Virus record (IMG/VR): IMGVR_UViG_3300001305_000002
Span: 29,340-93,339 of that record
DNA length: 64,000 nucleotides
Reading direction: 5' to 3' (one strand)
Source: a virus
Positions 51,908-62,229 of this stretch are shown here, one piece after another. The notes beneath the pieces were generated by a model, which saw only the letters and a list, made by a program, of their open reading frames with translations, searched no databases and was not told the DNA's origin. Position 1 is the first letter of the stretch. Every line of letters begins with the position of its first letter. The translations under genes were made by a program, and so were the position numbers.

Positions 51908-52695
51908 TTAAACATCTTTCTTTTGAATTTAGCACAAGCATGAGAAACTTCACACCAACTACAGCCTGCATTATCTTTTTTTGGCTCATGGTCTCCTGCC
52001 CACTCAGATTCTACCATAGAGCTGATGCGACCCCACATAGAAGCTCTGTCTTCATTGGTAAAGAAGAATTCCTTTACCTGCTCATCACACAGAGGTTGAA
52101 TGAGTCCTGTCTTCTTAGGAGCCTGACCAAACATATTCAATACGACTAAATCATAGAATACTAATTGACCTAGAGTCTTCTTCCAGTAATCATTATCTGC
52201 TGTAGTCTTAAGATCCCAAACAACAAACCTACCATCAGCAGGATCTTTAACCAGCAAGTCAAACTCGCCACGAAGAATAATCTCTTCTACAGAACCGTCT
52301 GGTCTTCTGATGTTTACTGGAGTATAGAATCTTTTAGCAGGCTCATAATCAAAAGGCAATACTCGTGCTTCAAGAATAGGCTGAAGACTCAATGCAGCAG
52401 CTTTACAGATAAGATTGATCTTTCTCTTATCGTTCTTATCTCGCCACTTAATAGTATCTTTCTCTTCGGCTGAAGCAATGGATTTCTCCATATGTTCATC
52501 AACCATGTCATGCATAGAACCTACAGGATTTTCCAGCCAAGCTTTTTGTACTGAGTCTACGATATTGCCAGCAAGGAAGTTTCTTACATCTTTACCAGCA
52601 ACAGATAGACCTTGCTTGATGAGGAATTGTTTTTGTTTACAAAGTTCATGCCTCTGCAAACTTGTCCAAGAGATTTTAATTGTATCATCATTCAT
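51904..52695 (-). CDS. PD-(D/E)xK RecB/Cas4-like exonuclease
   Basis: ISWTSL...C, LRGEFDLL, VWDLKT, QLVFY, CSWCEVSHAC. Confidence 0.85.
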   Translation of the reverse strand: MNDDTIKISWTSLQRHELCKQKQFLIKQGLSVAGKDVRNFLAGNIVDSVQKAWLENPVGSMHDMVDEHMEKSIASAEEKDTIKWRDKNDKRKINLICKAAALSLQPILEARVLPFDYEPAKRFYTPVNIRRPDGSVEEIILRGEFDLLVKDPADGRFVVWDLKTTADNDYWKKTLGQLVFYDLVVLNMFGQAPKKTGLIQPLCDEQVKEFFFTNEDRASMWGRISSMVESEWAGDHEPKKDNAGCSWCEVSHACAKFKRKMFK

Positions 52696-53335
52696 AACTT
52701 ACTCTTTTCTTCGCCCAAGTTGTCGCTTCTTCTGCAACTGTTTCAAACCAACCCATTTTAACATTACAGTTTCCACAGAGTAGTCCTCTCACGCATTTTC
52801 CGCAAGAAGTATTACCGGGGCAGCAAAAGTGGTCATGATCGACAGCTAAATTAAATACTAACCCTGTTCTATTATCTTTTTTAGTTTCTGGTTCTTTACA
52901 AATGCCACAAACATTGTTTTGCTTTTTCAGTATGTCATTATATTGCTCAAGAGAGATATTAAACTTTCTTAATAATTGAAGATTTCGTCTCTCTTCTTTG
53001 GTTCTTTCATATTGCTTTTGATGCCAAAGTTTTCTATTTGCTACAGTTTCGGGGAAATGCTCGTCTCGTAGTTTGCGTCTTTCCTTGTCTTTTATAGATG
53101 CACAAGATTTACAAATTCTTTTTCTACGGGGCGAGCCAGCTACACGAAATTCTGTATCATCTTTTACTGATTCACAAACATAACATAATAGTTTACCTTC
53201 AGGCAGAACTGGAGTTTTCCTTGTAGAGGCATATTTACATTCCCTACAAATAGAATATCTTCCATCAGGTGATGCGCTGTTGATGTAATAAGCATCAACA
53301 GGCTTCTCAACTCTACACTTAGTACAAGTCTTCAT
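52688..53335 (-). CDS. Free-standing endonuclease VII-type homing endonuclease
   Basis: QNNVCGIC...LAVDHDHFCC...CGKCVRGLLCGNCN. Confidence 0.85.
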   Translation of the reverse strand: MKTCTKCRVEKPVDAYYINSASPDGRYSICRECKYASTRKTPVLPEGKLLCYVCESVKDDTEFRVAGSPRRKRICKSCASIKDKERRKLRDEHFPETVANRKLWHQKQYERTKEERRNLQLLRKFNISLEQYNDILKKQNNVCGICKEPETKKDNRTGLVFNLAVDHDHFCCPGNTSCGKCVRGLLCGNCNVKMGWFETVAEEATTWAKKRVSYE

Positions 53336-53446
53336 TAACTAACTCCTGGTCTATTTAACCTATGTTAGTTAATGTATCGGCTCTTGTTTGCAATCGTTGC
53401 AGACTACTCCAACTAATTTTAATTACATCTTCTGACATGATAATCC

Positions 53447-54421
53447 TTATGCTGTTGTAAGTAATTCTTCTACAATGTTTTCAAAGTCTTTACCAAGATT
53501 TAGTTCACGAATCTTATCCATAACTGACTCAATAGTAGTAATCTGAATATGAGACTGCCCAACAGAAGCTAAGAATTCATCAAGCCTTACTTGAGTCTGC
53601 TTTACTTCAGTAATCTCTTTTACTCGAAATACTTGCTCAGCCGGTTTAGCATTGAGTTCAATAAATTCAAACGTTCCTGAGATACTATCCCATATTGTGA
53701 CACCAACAGGACGAGTAAGGTTAGACTCCGTAAGACTGCCTCTCGAAAGGGCACCGAAATTGCAGAATCTAACTCCCTTGACAACATATTCGCCATGCCA
53801 ATCATGGATGTGGCCATAGATGACTTGGACATTGCCTTTACCAGTCGGGTTAACATATTCAGAAAACTTCTCAGTAGAGTAATGTTCATAAGCTGGGTTA
53901 CTTCCAGGAGGAAAGAAAGGTGCATGAGTAACAATAAGCTGGGGTGTATCCTTAGCAATAAAGCTCATAGTAGCATTCTTAATTGCCTGATCTGCTACAG
54001 ATTCCTGAGCATCCCAATGCATCTGCCAAGGAACACTATAGATAGGATGACCATTAAGGTATTCATCAGCTTTAAGCACTTTACCAGAATCATAAAGAAC
54101 ACCTAGAGGCTGACCTTCATTAAGACTTTCTAGCCTATCGTTGAGTAGGTCATGATTACCAGGGACAACCCAGACAGGACAAGGAGCCGCAGAAGTCCAT
54201 TTAAGTGTTCTTTGAATAAGTTGATGAGAATTTCTGCCCGGTGACTTAATATGAAATAAATCTCCAAGCTGAATGATACTTCTGCAATTCAAACTCTCAG
54301 CTAGAGTATTGATTTGATAGAGAAGATCGAATATATCATCTGTATACGATGGGGTACAGCTTTTAGGATGAGAAGTCTCATTGGTTAAATGAACATCGTT
54401 AATAATTAAGTATTTACTCAA
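53447..54421 (-). CDS. Mre11/SbcD-like calcineurin-fold nuclease
   Basis: NDVHL, GDLFH, PGNHD, THAP, GHIH metallophosphoesterase motifs. Confidence 0.85.
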   Translation of the reverse strand: MSKYLIINDVHLTNETSHPKSCTPSYTDDIFDLLYQINTLAESLNCRSIIQLGDLFHIKSPGRNSHQLIQRTLKWTSAAPCPVWVVPGNHDLLNDRLESLNEGQPLGVLYDSGKVLKADEYLNGHPIYSVPWQMHWDAQESVADQAIKNATMSFIAKDTPQLIVTHAPFFPPGSNPAYEHYSTEKFSEYVNPTGKGNVQVIYGHIHDWHGEYVVKGVRFCNFGALSRGSLTESNLTRPVGVTIWDSISGTFEFIELNAKPAEQVFRVKEITEVKQTQVRLDEFLASVGQSHIQITTIESVMDKIRELNLGKDFENIVEELLTTA

Positions 54422-55045
54422 GAATCTTCCTCAATCATGTATGCTTCTTTAAGCTTTTTAATTTGATCTTCTGTTAAGTAAGCTGCAATATTGCCAATAT
54501 AAGTATCATTATCAGGCTTGTAGCCAAATTTATGTATAGCTAATTTAATAGCTGCTTTAGCTTCTAATAGATCAGAAGGTCCATCAGTCAAGTTACGCTC
54601 AATACAGGAAGCCTTATCCAATAGTTCTAAAGCTTCCTGTAAACTGTCTTTAATATCATCCAGCAGTTCATACATCTCGGATAATTCATAACCTATTAAT
54701 TCTTTCAGCAACGGATCATTACGCTGCTGCTCATTTGATCTTTTATAGTATGTCATCTCTTCAGTATAGCACTTGACCTGCATAGACTCAAGCAGGCTGA
54801 TAACTTTGTCAAGCTTGTCATCGTTCTTAGCACCTTCATAAGCAGCAAAATGTGCAGCCATTAAAGCATAAACAGAATATATAAGAACTACTGCTACTGA
54901 ATCAGACCAGAACATGAGTGTAGGAATAATCATCAAGGTCCAGAATACAGCTAAACCTGCATGTAACACAGTATCCTTTATACGAGAAAAGAAGGTACCC
55001 ACAAATCTCATGAGTACCTTCTCCCTGACTAACGTTAATTGATGC

Positions 55046-55438
55046 CTAAGTTATCGACACTAAGTTATCTTGCAATTCTTGCAGAATCACTTTAGACCAA
55101 TATTTAGCTTTCCTGTCTCGATCATGACGGATATTCATATCCCATCCCTGCATCTCATGCTCGAATTCTTGTAAAGAAAAGAATCTATGCACATAAGGAC
55201 AGAAATACCATTCTTCTTTTACTTCATCTAAGGTCCTTCTGCCACGAATATCGATAACCATTGCTTCAGAATCGAATACAAATAAATGGCCCATGTAGTC
55301 TTCACTGCCTACAGGATGATCACTAATAAGACCTAGAGACCATCCTCTTAATTTGTGTAGTTCATAAGCAAGTGCTCCACATTGACCTTCTACAAAATAA
55401 CTTTGAATATCATCATCGAAGTTAAACAAAAAATCCAA
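55046..55438 (-). CDS. Hypothetical phage protein
   Basis: GQCGALAYELHK...GHLFV...IDIRG motif. Confidence 0.6.
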   Translation of the reverse strand: MDFLFNFDDDIQSYFVEGQCGALAYELHKLRGWSLGLISDHPVGSEDYMGHLFVFDSEAMVIDIRGRRTLDEVKEEWYFCPYVHRFFSLQEFEHEMQGWDMNIRHDRDRKAKYWSKVILQELQDNLVSIT

Positions 55439-55587
55439 TTAACATGTATCCTAGCGTGATTAATAAAGCTATTGCCCATGACACCCAAAAGATAATAAAG
55501 CCTAGAATCACTTTGGATATCAAAGCATCCAGTGATTCTAGGCGATTAGTTACTTCTAGGTGCACTATTTCTTTATCTACGTTCAAG

Positions 55588-56076
55588 TCAAGATCCTAAC
55601 ACGAACTGATCGATCTGGTCAAGATGCTCAGATCTCAGTCCTCTATTGGCTTTCGGTCTAATCAATAGACTCCTATTGTCTTTAGTAAGTTTATCATACA
55701 GATCACCGAATAATGGAACAGCTTCGTCGTCTGTCCATATTAATTTATTACCAGAGTCTATAACTTCCTCAGCAGCTCTCATCTTCATGCCTACAGACAT
55801 CTGCTTGTCGCCCGCTGAGAGCAACGCTGGGAGTTTAAATAATTGCTCTAGTTGGTCAGTATACCCCACCCAAGAAGTCGCCCATAAAATCTCTACGTTC
55901 GTTTGATCATGAACCGCCCTGATGCGCTTAATGAGCTGTGGTGCCCACCTGAGTCTATAGGTGTTTCCTTTGCAATAAGCATTACCAGAAAAAGGCTGAG
56001 ATGACCAACCTGCTTTTGATGCGTTTATTACTCCATCAACGTCTAGCTAAAGTAACCAAACTATTTGCCTGGTCAT
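55588..56076 (-). pseudogene. HAD-family phosphatase (Swiss-Army-knife RNA-repair type) interrupted by in-frame TAG at codon 10
   Basis: AGGAGG RBS, MTRQIVWLL*LDVDGVIN...WATSW...WTDDEA...IRP..NRGL; TAG at 56047-56049. Confidence 0.7.
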
Positions 56077-56320
56077 GATTCCTCCTTAATTCTTGTCGGT
56101 AATACCTTTACTGAGTCTGTCTTTGTTATTCTTAGATGATTCAAGAGCCTTCTTTGTTTTATCATCTACTCGGGGCATATCTCGAATATTTACATATGCT
56201 TCGAATACAGCTTGACCTTTAAGCTGTCGAAGACTTGCCTTAGTCATGTAGTATTTTCCTCAAATAGAAAAATCCCAAGTAACCCGAAAGCTACTTGGGA
56301 TCTTAATTAAAAATTATATC

Positions 56321-57319
56321 TTATGCACAGTTGGTCGGCGGCAAGTTTCCAGCACCAGGACCACCATAATAGAAGGCATCATTTGAACTCAGTGTCAAGA
56401 GATCCCAATTTGTAGGAGAAGTAATAACAGTTCCTGTATAAGTAGCAGGACTATAACTCCCACCGAGTGCAGTATTGAATGCTCTGAATTCTGCACCATG
56501 TGTCGGGTAGTAAATGCTAGTTGTAGGTAATTTACCATTACCCATATCAGTACATGAAGGGAAGTGTCGTAGTGCTACTTCACCAAAGTTCTGAACTAGA
56601 TTAGCACTAGTGTAATTAGAACTATGTAGTAGACTATCTGGGTAACGACCAACTTCTACACCTTTGTAATTAATAATCCAAGCACTAGAAGGTGCGTAAT
56701 GATAAATCTCAAAACTCTGCTCTGTACCTAGATCAGCATTGATACTGTCACCAGCATCTAGAGTATTGCTAGCTTTATCAATATATCCACAGATATTGGC
56801 ACCTTGGCCATTATAACCACATTCTTGCCTTACACCATTGCTGTCAGTGTACCAAGCAAAAACAAATATGTGAGGATCTTGACTACCGCCGTTAAGAGCT
56901 GGGTCAATAGTTTGACCTACCTCAATAATGTTAGTAGTTCCAGCACCTCCACCAGACCCGCCTTGAATTGATGTTTCACCCAGTGTGTGATAGTCATTTA
57001 CATTGCTACCAGTAGCTACTAAATCAAGATAAGGCTTAATGATTCTTTGAGTAGTTTTAGTAGCTGTAATACCTGTATTGCTATAAGTCTTAGCAGCATA
57101 ATGGTAACAAGGTGGAGCACAAGCTGCTAGAGTAGTTACTTCACCAGCTTTCTTAGGCTTAGCATTAAGCTCTGGTGTAGGTGGGTAACCTTTAACAGCA
57201 GAAGTCTTAGGAAGTGTAGGCTTCTCAACAATACTTGCTTGTGCTACACCGCCTAACCCTGTTGAAATAACAACAACGCCAGCCGCAATAGCTGCAAATA
57301 ATCGTTTCGATAACCTCAT
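56321..57319 (-). CDS. Secreted neprosin-like (DUF239) protein
   Basis: Signal peptide; HTLGETSIQ, IIEVG, PHIFVFAWY, VGRYP.SL, FGEVA. Confidence 0.6.
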   Translation of the reverse strand: MRLSKRLFAAIAAGVVVISTGLGGVAQASIVEKPTLPKTSAVKGYPPTPELNAKPKKAGEVTTLAACAPPCYHYAAKTYSNTGITATKTTQRIIKPYLDLVATGSNVNDYHTLGETSIQGGSGGGAGTTNIIEVGQTIDPALNGGSQDPHIFVFAWYTDSNGVRQECGYNGQGANICGYIDKASNTLDAGDSINADLGTEQSFEIYHYAPSSAWIINYKGVEVGRYPDSLLHSSNYTSANLVQNFGEVALRHFPSCTDMGNGKLPTTSIYYPTHGAEFRAFNTALGGSYSPATYTGTVITSPTNWDLLTLSSNDAFYYGGPGAGNLPPTNCA

Positions 57320-57419
57320 ACAAACTCCCTTATTAGGAAAATACAACAATCAACATCGGTGGTTTCCGTTATGCGGAGTACCACACTTTAAACATACATA
57401 TTCATAATTTTCCATAGAG

Positions 57420-57491
57420 GGTGTCTAGTCGTAGTCGAAACGACATATCCTGCACCACAAGCAGGCGCTCTAACCATTGAGCTATAGACAC
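57420..57491 (-). tRNA. tRNA-His(GUG)
   Basis: GTGTCTA/TAGACAC, C73, CCTGC-TTGTGGT-GCAGG. Confidence 0.85.
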
Positions 57492-57548
57492 AATTAAGGT
57501 AACAGCACCACTAAGGGACAATTAAGGGCTATGCCACACTGTTACTCG

Positions 57549-57622
57549 TCTAATGCCTGGGAGTCGAACCCAGTTTCTCTACTTTCCAAAAGTAGCGGAT
57601 TATACCGTCTTCCTCGCACTAG
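57549..57622 (-). tRNA. tRNA-Pro(UGG), copy 1
   Basis: CTAGTGC/GCATTAG-A, CTACT-TTTGGAA-AGTAG. Confidence 0.8.
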
Positions 57623-57776
57623 ATTATAGCAGAATCACCCTCTATCTGCTGCTGTGCTGCTTCTCACCCGTGTAACAATTATGAGTTACAAATCTTTAAC
57701 GTCACCGGAGTAATCCTCAGTTATTGATTTTCATAATTCTTAACTTATTCAGCACTCCCATTCTTTTATCTTTATG

Positions 57777-57848
57777 TCGGATGCCTCGGAGTCGAACCGA
57801 GTTTGTCTTGCTCCCAAAGCAAGCGGATTACCGTCTTCCTCGCACCCG
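57777..57848 (-). tRNA. tRNA-Pro(UGG), copy 2
   Basis: CGGGTGC/GCATCCG-A, CTTGC-TTTGGGA-GCAAG. Confidence 0.85.
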
Positions 57849-58582
57849 AAATACTCGATATTCCCAGAGCGTCGAGTAGCGCAGATTTTCTTATTCTCAA
57901 TTAATCTTAGCTTACACTAAAGATCTTAGTCTGTCAATGTTACCAGATAAAATCTTCAGCTAAACGGTTCTGTAGATACTTAGGAAGTTTTCTAATAGCT
58001 TTATCGGCTTCAGCATTAAGCTCATCAAACTTATCAGTTCCTGCACCCTTAGGCAAGCCACCAGCATAACTTACTAACTTCTGTCTTGCTTTCTTAGCTT
58101 TAGCCATATCTTCTTTAAGAGTCATTTAATTCTCCAGCATGAACATTCACATTCATGCATTTTCTTAGTGCAGAAATCGTGATTATTTAATTCACAAGGC
58201 CAGCACAGTTTACTTTTTCTTGGGCTTTTCTTTGTCACCAGCGCCACCTCTGTAAGGATTACCGCCTCGATTTGTAGAATTACCTCTATTCTCAGTCTGA
58301 TTTACGTTACCGCCACCACCAGTATCTTCTGAGTCTTTACGTTCTTTAGGAATTTTTGGCATAATCAGCTCCTAAGGTGCAATTCCTGTATCCCACTCGT
58401 ATTCAGGGTCACCAAACTCGTCTCTATCTTCGTAGTTAGTAACCCATAGCTCATAATGCTTACCAGTAAGAATACGAACTATCTGATCTAGCACCCATTG
58501 CTTATGATGAGCACCATCTGTGCCACCATAGTTTTCAATTAGATCTAGAACTTCCTGAAACTTACCTTCATCATCTGCCATG

Positions 58583-58683
58583 CGCAATATGTAGGATTCG
58601 AACCTACCCCCGATACTCGCATTTTTCGCTTACTATAACTTCAGCTACTTTAGCTTTCTCTGTGCTACCATACACCTTATTGC
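58583..58683 (-). ncRNA. tRNA-like RNA with the anticodon/variable region replaced by about 50 nt
   Basis: GCAATA/TATTGC, D stem GTGT/GCAC, T arm GTAGG-TTCGAAT-CCTAC. Confidence 0.5.
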
Positions 58684-59226
58684 TCACTGAGGTAATTAGG
58701 CTCAGTGCATCTGTAAGCTGATCAGGCTTACGGAGTGGATATTGTTAGAGTTAAACTAACCAGCACGTCACCCGAAGGTGAGCGCTGCCAATCGTGGATA
58801 CCCTTAACCAGACAGTTCATACATGTTAGGGAGGTAAAACTGCCAACTCCATCCTGCATGTATCTAGTCTAACACAACCTGCATCTGTGTCAAGCTTTCC
58901 TCAACCACAACTGACCTGCACAGTTAACTTTAGATTCTACATTGGTAGTAAACTCATCATCACGAAGTGTGTGAATTCTGCGCCCACAACATAGAGTTTT
59001 ATCTCCTGATTTAACATAGTGTACTCTACGATCTGCCATAATTACTTCCTTGCCTTATGTGTCTTACCTAGCTTATTACCTGAAGCTGTTTTACATAAAG
59101 AAAAAGCAGGTGATTTACATTCAGGGCAAGCTTTATCTAAATCAGAACCATAATGTAGTATCTCAGCTTTAGACCCATCTTTATTCCAAACCTGAAGACT
59201 ACCACCTTTATGAGTAAACAAAGCCA

Positions 59227-59667
59227 TTACTTAACCTTCTCAGGATCGTAGATAATCTTTTCTGATGGGATGCCTTTTTGCTTAGCAAGATTATAGCAAC
59301 CTGTAGCACCTTTAGATTTGTCTCTAATAAAAGCAAGGCACACATCAGGCATAGTACTGACCATAGTAAAGTTTCTCATGTACCCTGCTTTTTTGCCGTA
59401 CACATTCCATTGAGCACCAAACTTGCGAATATTACATTTAAGAACATCTCTAGCAAAAATATCTGCTAACTTATCTGCACCTTGAGAACAATCTCCGTGC
59501 ATAATAGTAAGCCAGTCGATAGGTGCAGACTTCAACTCAGGATTTTCTTCAACGTACTCAGTAAGTACTTCAATAATCTTTGTACAAATTGTTTCGTAAT
59601 CATCCCATGTGCGAGAGCCTGTAATGAGAATAGTAAATTGTTTCTTCTTCACGGACACCCCGGACAT
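59227..59667 (-). CDS. SLOG family (YspA/DUF2493-like) nucleotide-binding protein
   Basis: ILITGSRTW, IMHGDCSQGADKLA, AGYMRN, CLAF. Confidence 0.85.
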   Translation of the reverse strand: MSGVSVKKKQFTILITGSRTWDDYETICTKIIEVLTEYVEENPELKSAPIDWLTIMHGDCSQGADKLADIFARDVLKCNIRKFGAQWNVYGKKAGYMRNFTMVSTMPDVCLAFIRDKSKGATGCYNLAKQKGIPSEKIIYDPEKVK

Positions 59668-59889
59668 TTATAATATTTTAGATCTAAACAATCAGGACAG
59701 GCATAACGATTACAGATTTTGCAGTAATCATTAATAGTTCCTTCAGCAGTAAGTAAAGGAACATTACATTTTTTTGCTTTATATGCGCCACATAAGGTTA
59801 ATACTGGATGACAGCATAAGATGTGACAATACTTAATTTCTTCGTTGCCCTGTAATTGCTCTACAGGCACTTCCTGTAAAGTTATCATG

Positions 59890-59960
59890 TAGCCCCAGAG
59901 AGAATCGAACTCTCTTTACGAGTGTGAAAAACTCGCGTCCTACCAATAGACGATGGGGCC
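59890..59960 (-). tRNA. tRNA-Glu(UUC)
   Basis: GGCCCCA/TGGGGCT, CGAGT-TTTTCAC-ACTCG. Confidence 0.85.
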
Positions 59961-60055
59961 AGGCTGACAGTCAAAGTGCTTTTATCCTTACGGACTGTCA
60001 TTCGTAAGTACTGCTACCGGTTGAGTCTTTAGTCTAGCTCATTCAACCTAGTCTG

Positions 60056-60517
60056 TCAATCACAACTTGAAGAACTACTACCAGAATCACTACAGCTAGA
60101 AGATCCTGAATCAGATGAAGAAATGCTACCATAAGAATCACTAGAACCACTTGAATAGCCACTACCACTATCAGATGAAGGTGTATTATAGTAATTAGTA
60201 GTTTCTGTCATCCAAACAGGCTCTGAAGGCTCTACATATCCTCCTGAAGCATAATCACTACGATCACGATAACTTGACTTAGGCTCAACCTTCTTAGGTG
60301 TTGAACGACTAGGCTTACTAGCATAAGTAGCTGAATAAGTATAAGGAGCAGGAGTTTCATAACGCTTAGCTCGATTTACTTCTAGGTCATGACTAACTTG
60401 ACGACGAATTTCTGACTGCACCGTTACAGGCTTAGGCTTCCTACTTGCAATAACCCAAGCACAGGCACAAAGCCCTAGTGCAACTACAAGAGTACCAACA
60501 ATAATTACAAGAGTCAT
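60056..60517 (-). CDS. Single-TM protein with Ser-rich tail
   Basis: N-terminal TM; SSGSSDSYGSISSSDSGSSSCSD tail. Confidence 0.65.
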   Translation of the reverse strand: MTLVIIVGTLVVALGLCACAWVIASRKPKPVTVQSEIRRQVSHDLEVNRAKRYETPAPYTYSATYASKPSRSTPKKVEPKSSYRDRSDYASGGYVEPSEPVWMTETTNYYNTPSSDSGSGYSSGSSDSYGSISSSDSGSSSCSDSGSSSSSCD

Positions 60518-60602
60518 TTAAGATCTCAATCTGTTAGAATAAAAAAATGCCTTGCTGTTAGTCACTACTCTAGCAAACTAACAGCAAGGCGTCAAGCATA
60601 AA

Positions 60603-62210
60603 TCAGAGACGACCAGCAGAGAAATCAGCAATAACTCCAGGAGCATTGCTATCAAACCCTGCTACGTTCATGATTCGCGCATCGTCAGGGTCTCCAACAG
60701 TAAAAGGTGTAGCACTAACACCAACTACGACAAGCTTAGCATCAATACCCATCTTCTGACGGTAATCCTTAAGAGCCTTGTTGACCTTTACAGGACCAGC
60801 CCAAGTCTCATTATCAGTATAAACCTGGAAGGTATCAACTTCTACTTTGTTATGAAGTGCCCATACCATAGGCTGAGCAATATCAGTTCCACCAAAAGCC
60901 TGACCAGTAACCTTTCGATTAACAGTAGCCAGATCCATCTTAGCAGAAATACCTAGGTCACGGAATTGTGTTGAGAATCCCATAACCTGATACCAAGGTT
61001 CAGTACGAGCTGAAACCATAGCCATCGCAGCACTTACCTGCGCACAGCTCAGATCAATACCTACAGCATCCTGACTCATAGAGCCAGAAACATCCAGAGC
61101 AAGTAGAGTACGCTTATTAGCTGGAGTAATGTTCTTGAATGCAGCATGGAAACCTTCATCTAGAGCATCAGCAATAATAGGATTAGTTACCCAATCCTTC
61201 TTACGACCATTACTCCACATGCTAGTGTAACCATTACCACCAAAACGCTGTAGCTGACCTTCAGTGTGAGTTACAGAAGCTAGAAGATACTGGATCGGGT
61301 GAAGACGAGTCTTCGCAATCATGTCAGAATCAGTTAGCTTAGCTGCAACTGCACGGGTAAATAGCATATCGTTAAACGCACCCAGACGAGCTAGGCGAGT
61401 AATGTTACGAACAAGAGCCTGACCGTTAAGCTGGTTATTGATGAATAGCTTAACCCATACATCCTTTTCCTTCAGGAACTCGGTAGGAATAGCTTCCCAA
61501 GGAAGATTCTTATAACGATCAAGAGTAGAAATAACTTCTGAAGTAGAAGTAGCTAGTTGCATAGTCTGGAAACCATCAATAATATCTCCACCAGGATTAG
61601 TTTCATGCCCAAGAATGAAGCCGCCTACACGCTGATCAATTCCAGTAGGATGAGATAGACGCATAGTATCACGAAGAGTCCAACCATTACGCTGACGGTA
61701 CTTAACAGCCTGGTATGCAAGCTGCTCAGCAGTCTTAGACTCAAACCACTTAGCAACTGCACGACGCTTTGCACGACCCCAACCACCAAGACTTTCAATG
61801 AAAGCAGCAAGCTGATAGACATGAGTAGCAATACGTACTACTGAAGGAATAGCATTAACAACTTCTGCCTTGAATTCAGCAGGAGCATCAGTAAGAAGCA
61901 GAGCCATAACGAAAATAGCAGCCTCGTTACGGTATGCACGACCCTGGTTAGATACCTCAACAGCAGTAGCAAGAACAGTCGCAGGATCAGCAGCAATCAT
62001 CTCACGGATGAAGTCAACATTCTGCTTAGTAAGGTCATACTCATTAACGTAATAGGTACCCTTATCAGTTCCTAGAATAAGGAATCGAATAAGACGATCA
62101 ACATCAGACACTTCATAAACGTACCCACCAGCGTTGTTCTTAACCTCACGAGGATTAGAGCGAACAGTCTGAGGAATAGGAGTTGAAGTGTACTTAGATA
62201 GTGCGGACAT
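60603..62210 (-). CDS. rsr: Ro60/Rsr TROVE-domain RNA-binding protein with vWA domain
   Basis: NNAGGY, RFLILG, AVKYRQRNGW, HPTG, HPIQYL, MIDAS LALDVSGSM, GGTD, VYTDNET, VAGFD; GGAGG RBS favours ATG 62210. Confidence 0.95.
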   Translation of the reverse strand: MSALSKYTSTPIPQTVRSNPREVKNNAGGYVYEVSDVDRLIRFLILGTDKGTYYVNEYDLTKQNVDFIREMIAADPATVLATAVEVSNQGRAYRNEAAIFVMALLLTDAPAEFKAEVVNAIPSVVRIATHVYQLAAFIESLGGWGRAKRRAVAKWFESKTAEQLAYQAVKYRQRNGWTLRDTMRLSHPTGIDQRVGGFILGHETNPGGDIIDGFQTMQLATSTSEVISTLDRYKNLPWEAIPTEFLKEKDVWVKLFINNQLNGQALVRNITRLARLGAFNDMLFTRAVAAKLTDSDMIAKTRLHPIQYLLASVTHTEGQLQRFGGNGYTSMWSNGRKKDWVTNPIIADALDEGFHAAFKNITPANKRTLLALDVSGSMSQDAVGIDLSCAQVSAAMAMVSARTEPWYQVMGFSTQFRDLGISAKMDLATVNRKVTGQAFGGTDIAQPMVWALHNKVEVDTFQVYTDNETWAGPVKVNKALKDYRQKMGIDAKLVVVGVSATPFTVGDPDDARIMNVAGFDSNAPGVIADFSAGRL

Positions 62211-62229
62211 TAAATGCCTCCATGTAGAT

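Noticed and set aside
51904-52695. Cas4 as evidence of a CRISPR system
   Set aside because: No array or other cas genes; stand-alone RecB/Cas4-like nucleases are common among phage replication genes
37955-53335. EndoVII/HNH genes as introns or inteins in thyX or the RecB-like gene
   Set aside because: They are free-standing ORFs upstream of intact genes, with no splice-junction or intein motifs; ordinary for large phages
54418-55011. Novel membrane-plus-soluble fusion protein
   Set aside because: An internal TTGAGT-N17-TATACT promoter-like site and a second Met suggest two small genes in frame; no evidence for a functional fusion
55588-56076. Genome-wide amber recoding
   Set aside because: Pnkp, TraB and many other genes end properly at TAG, and no CUA-anticodon tRNA was seen
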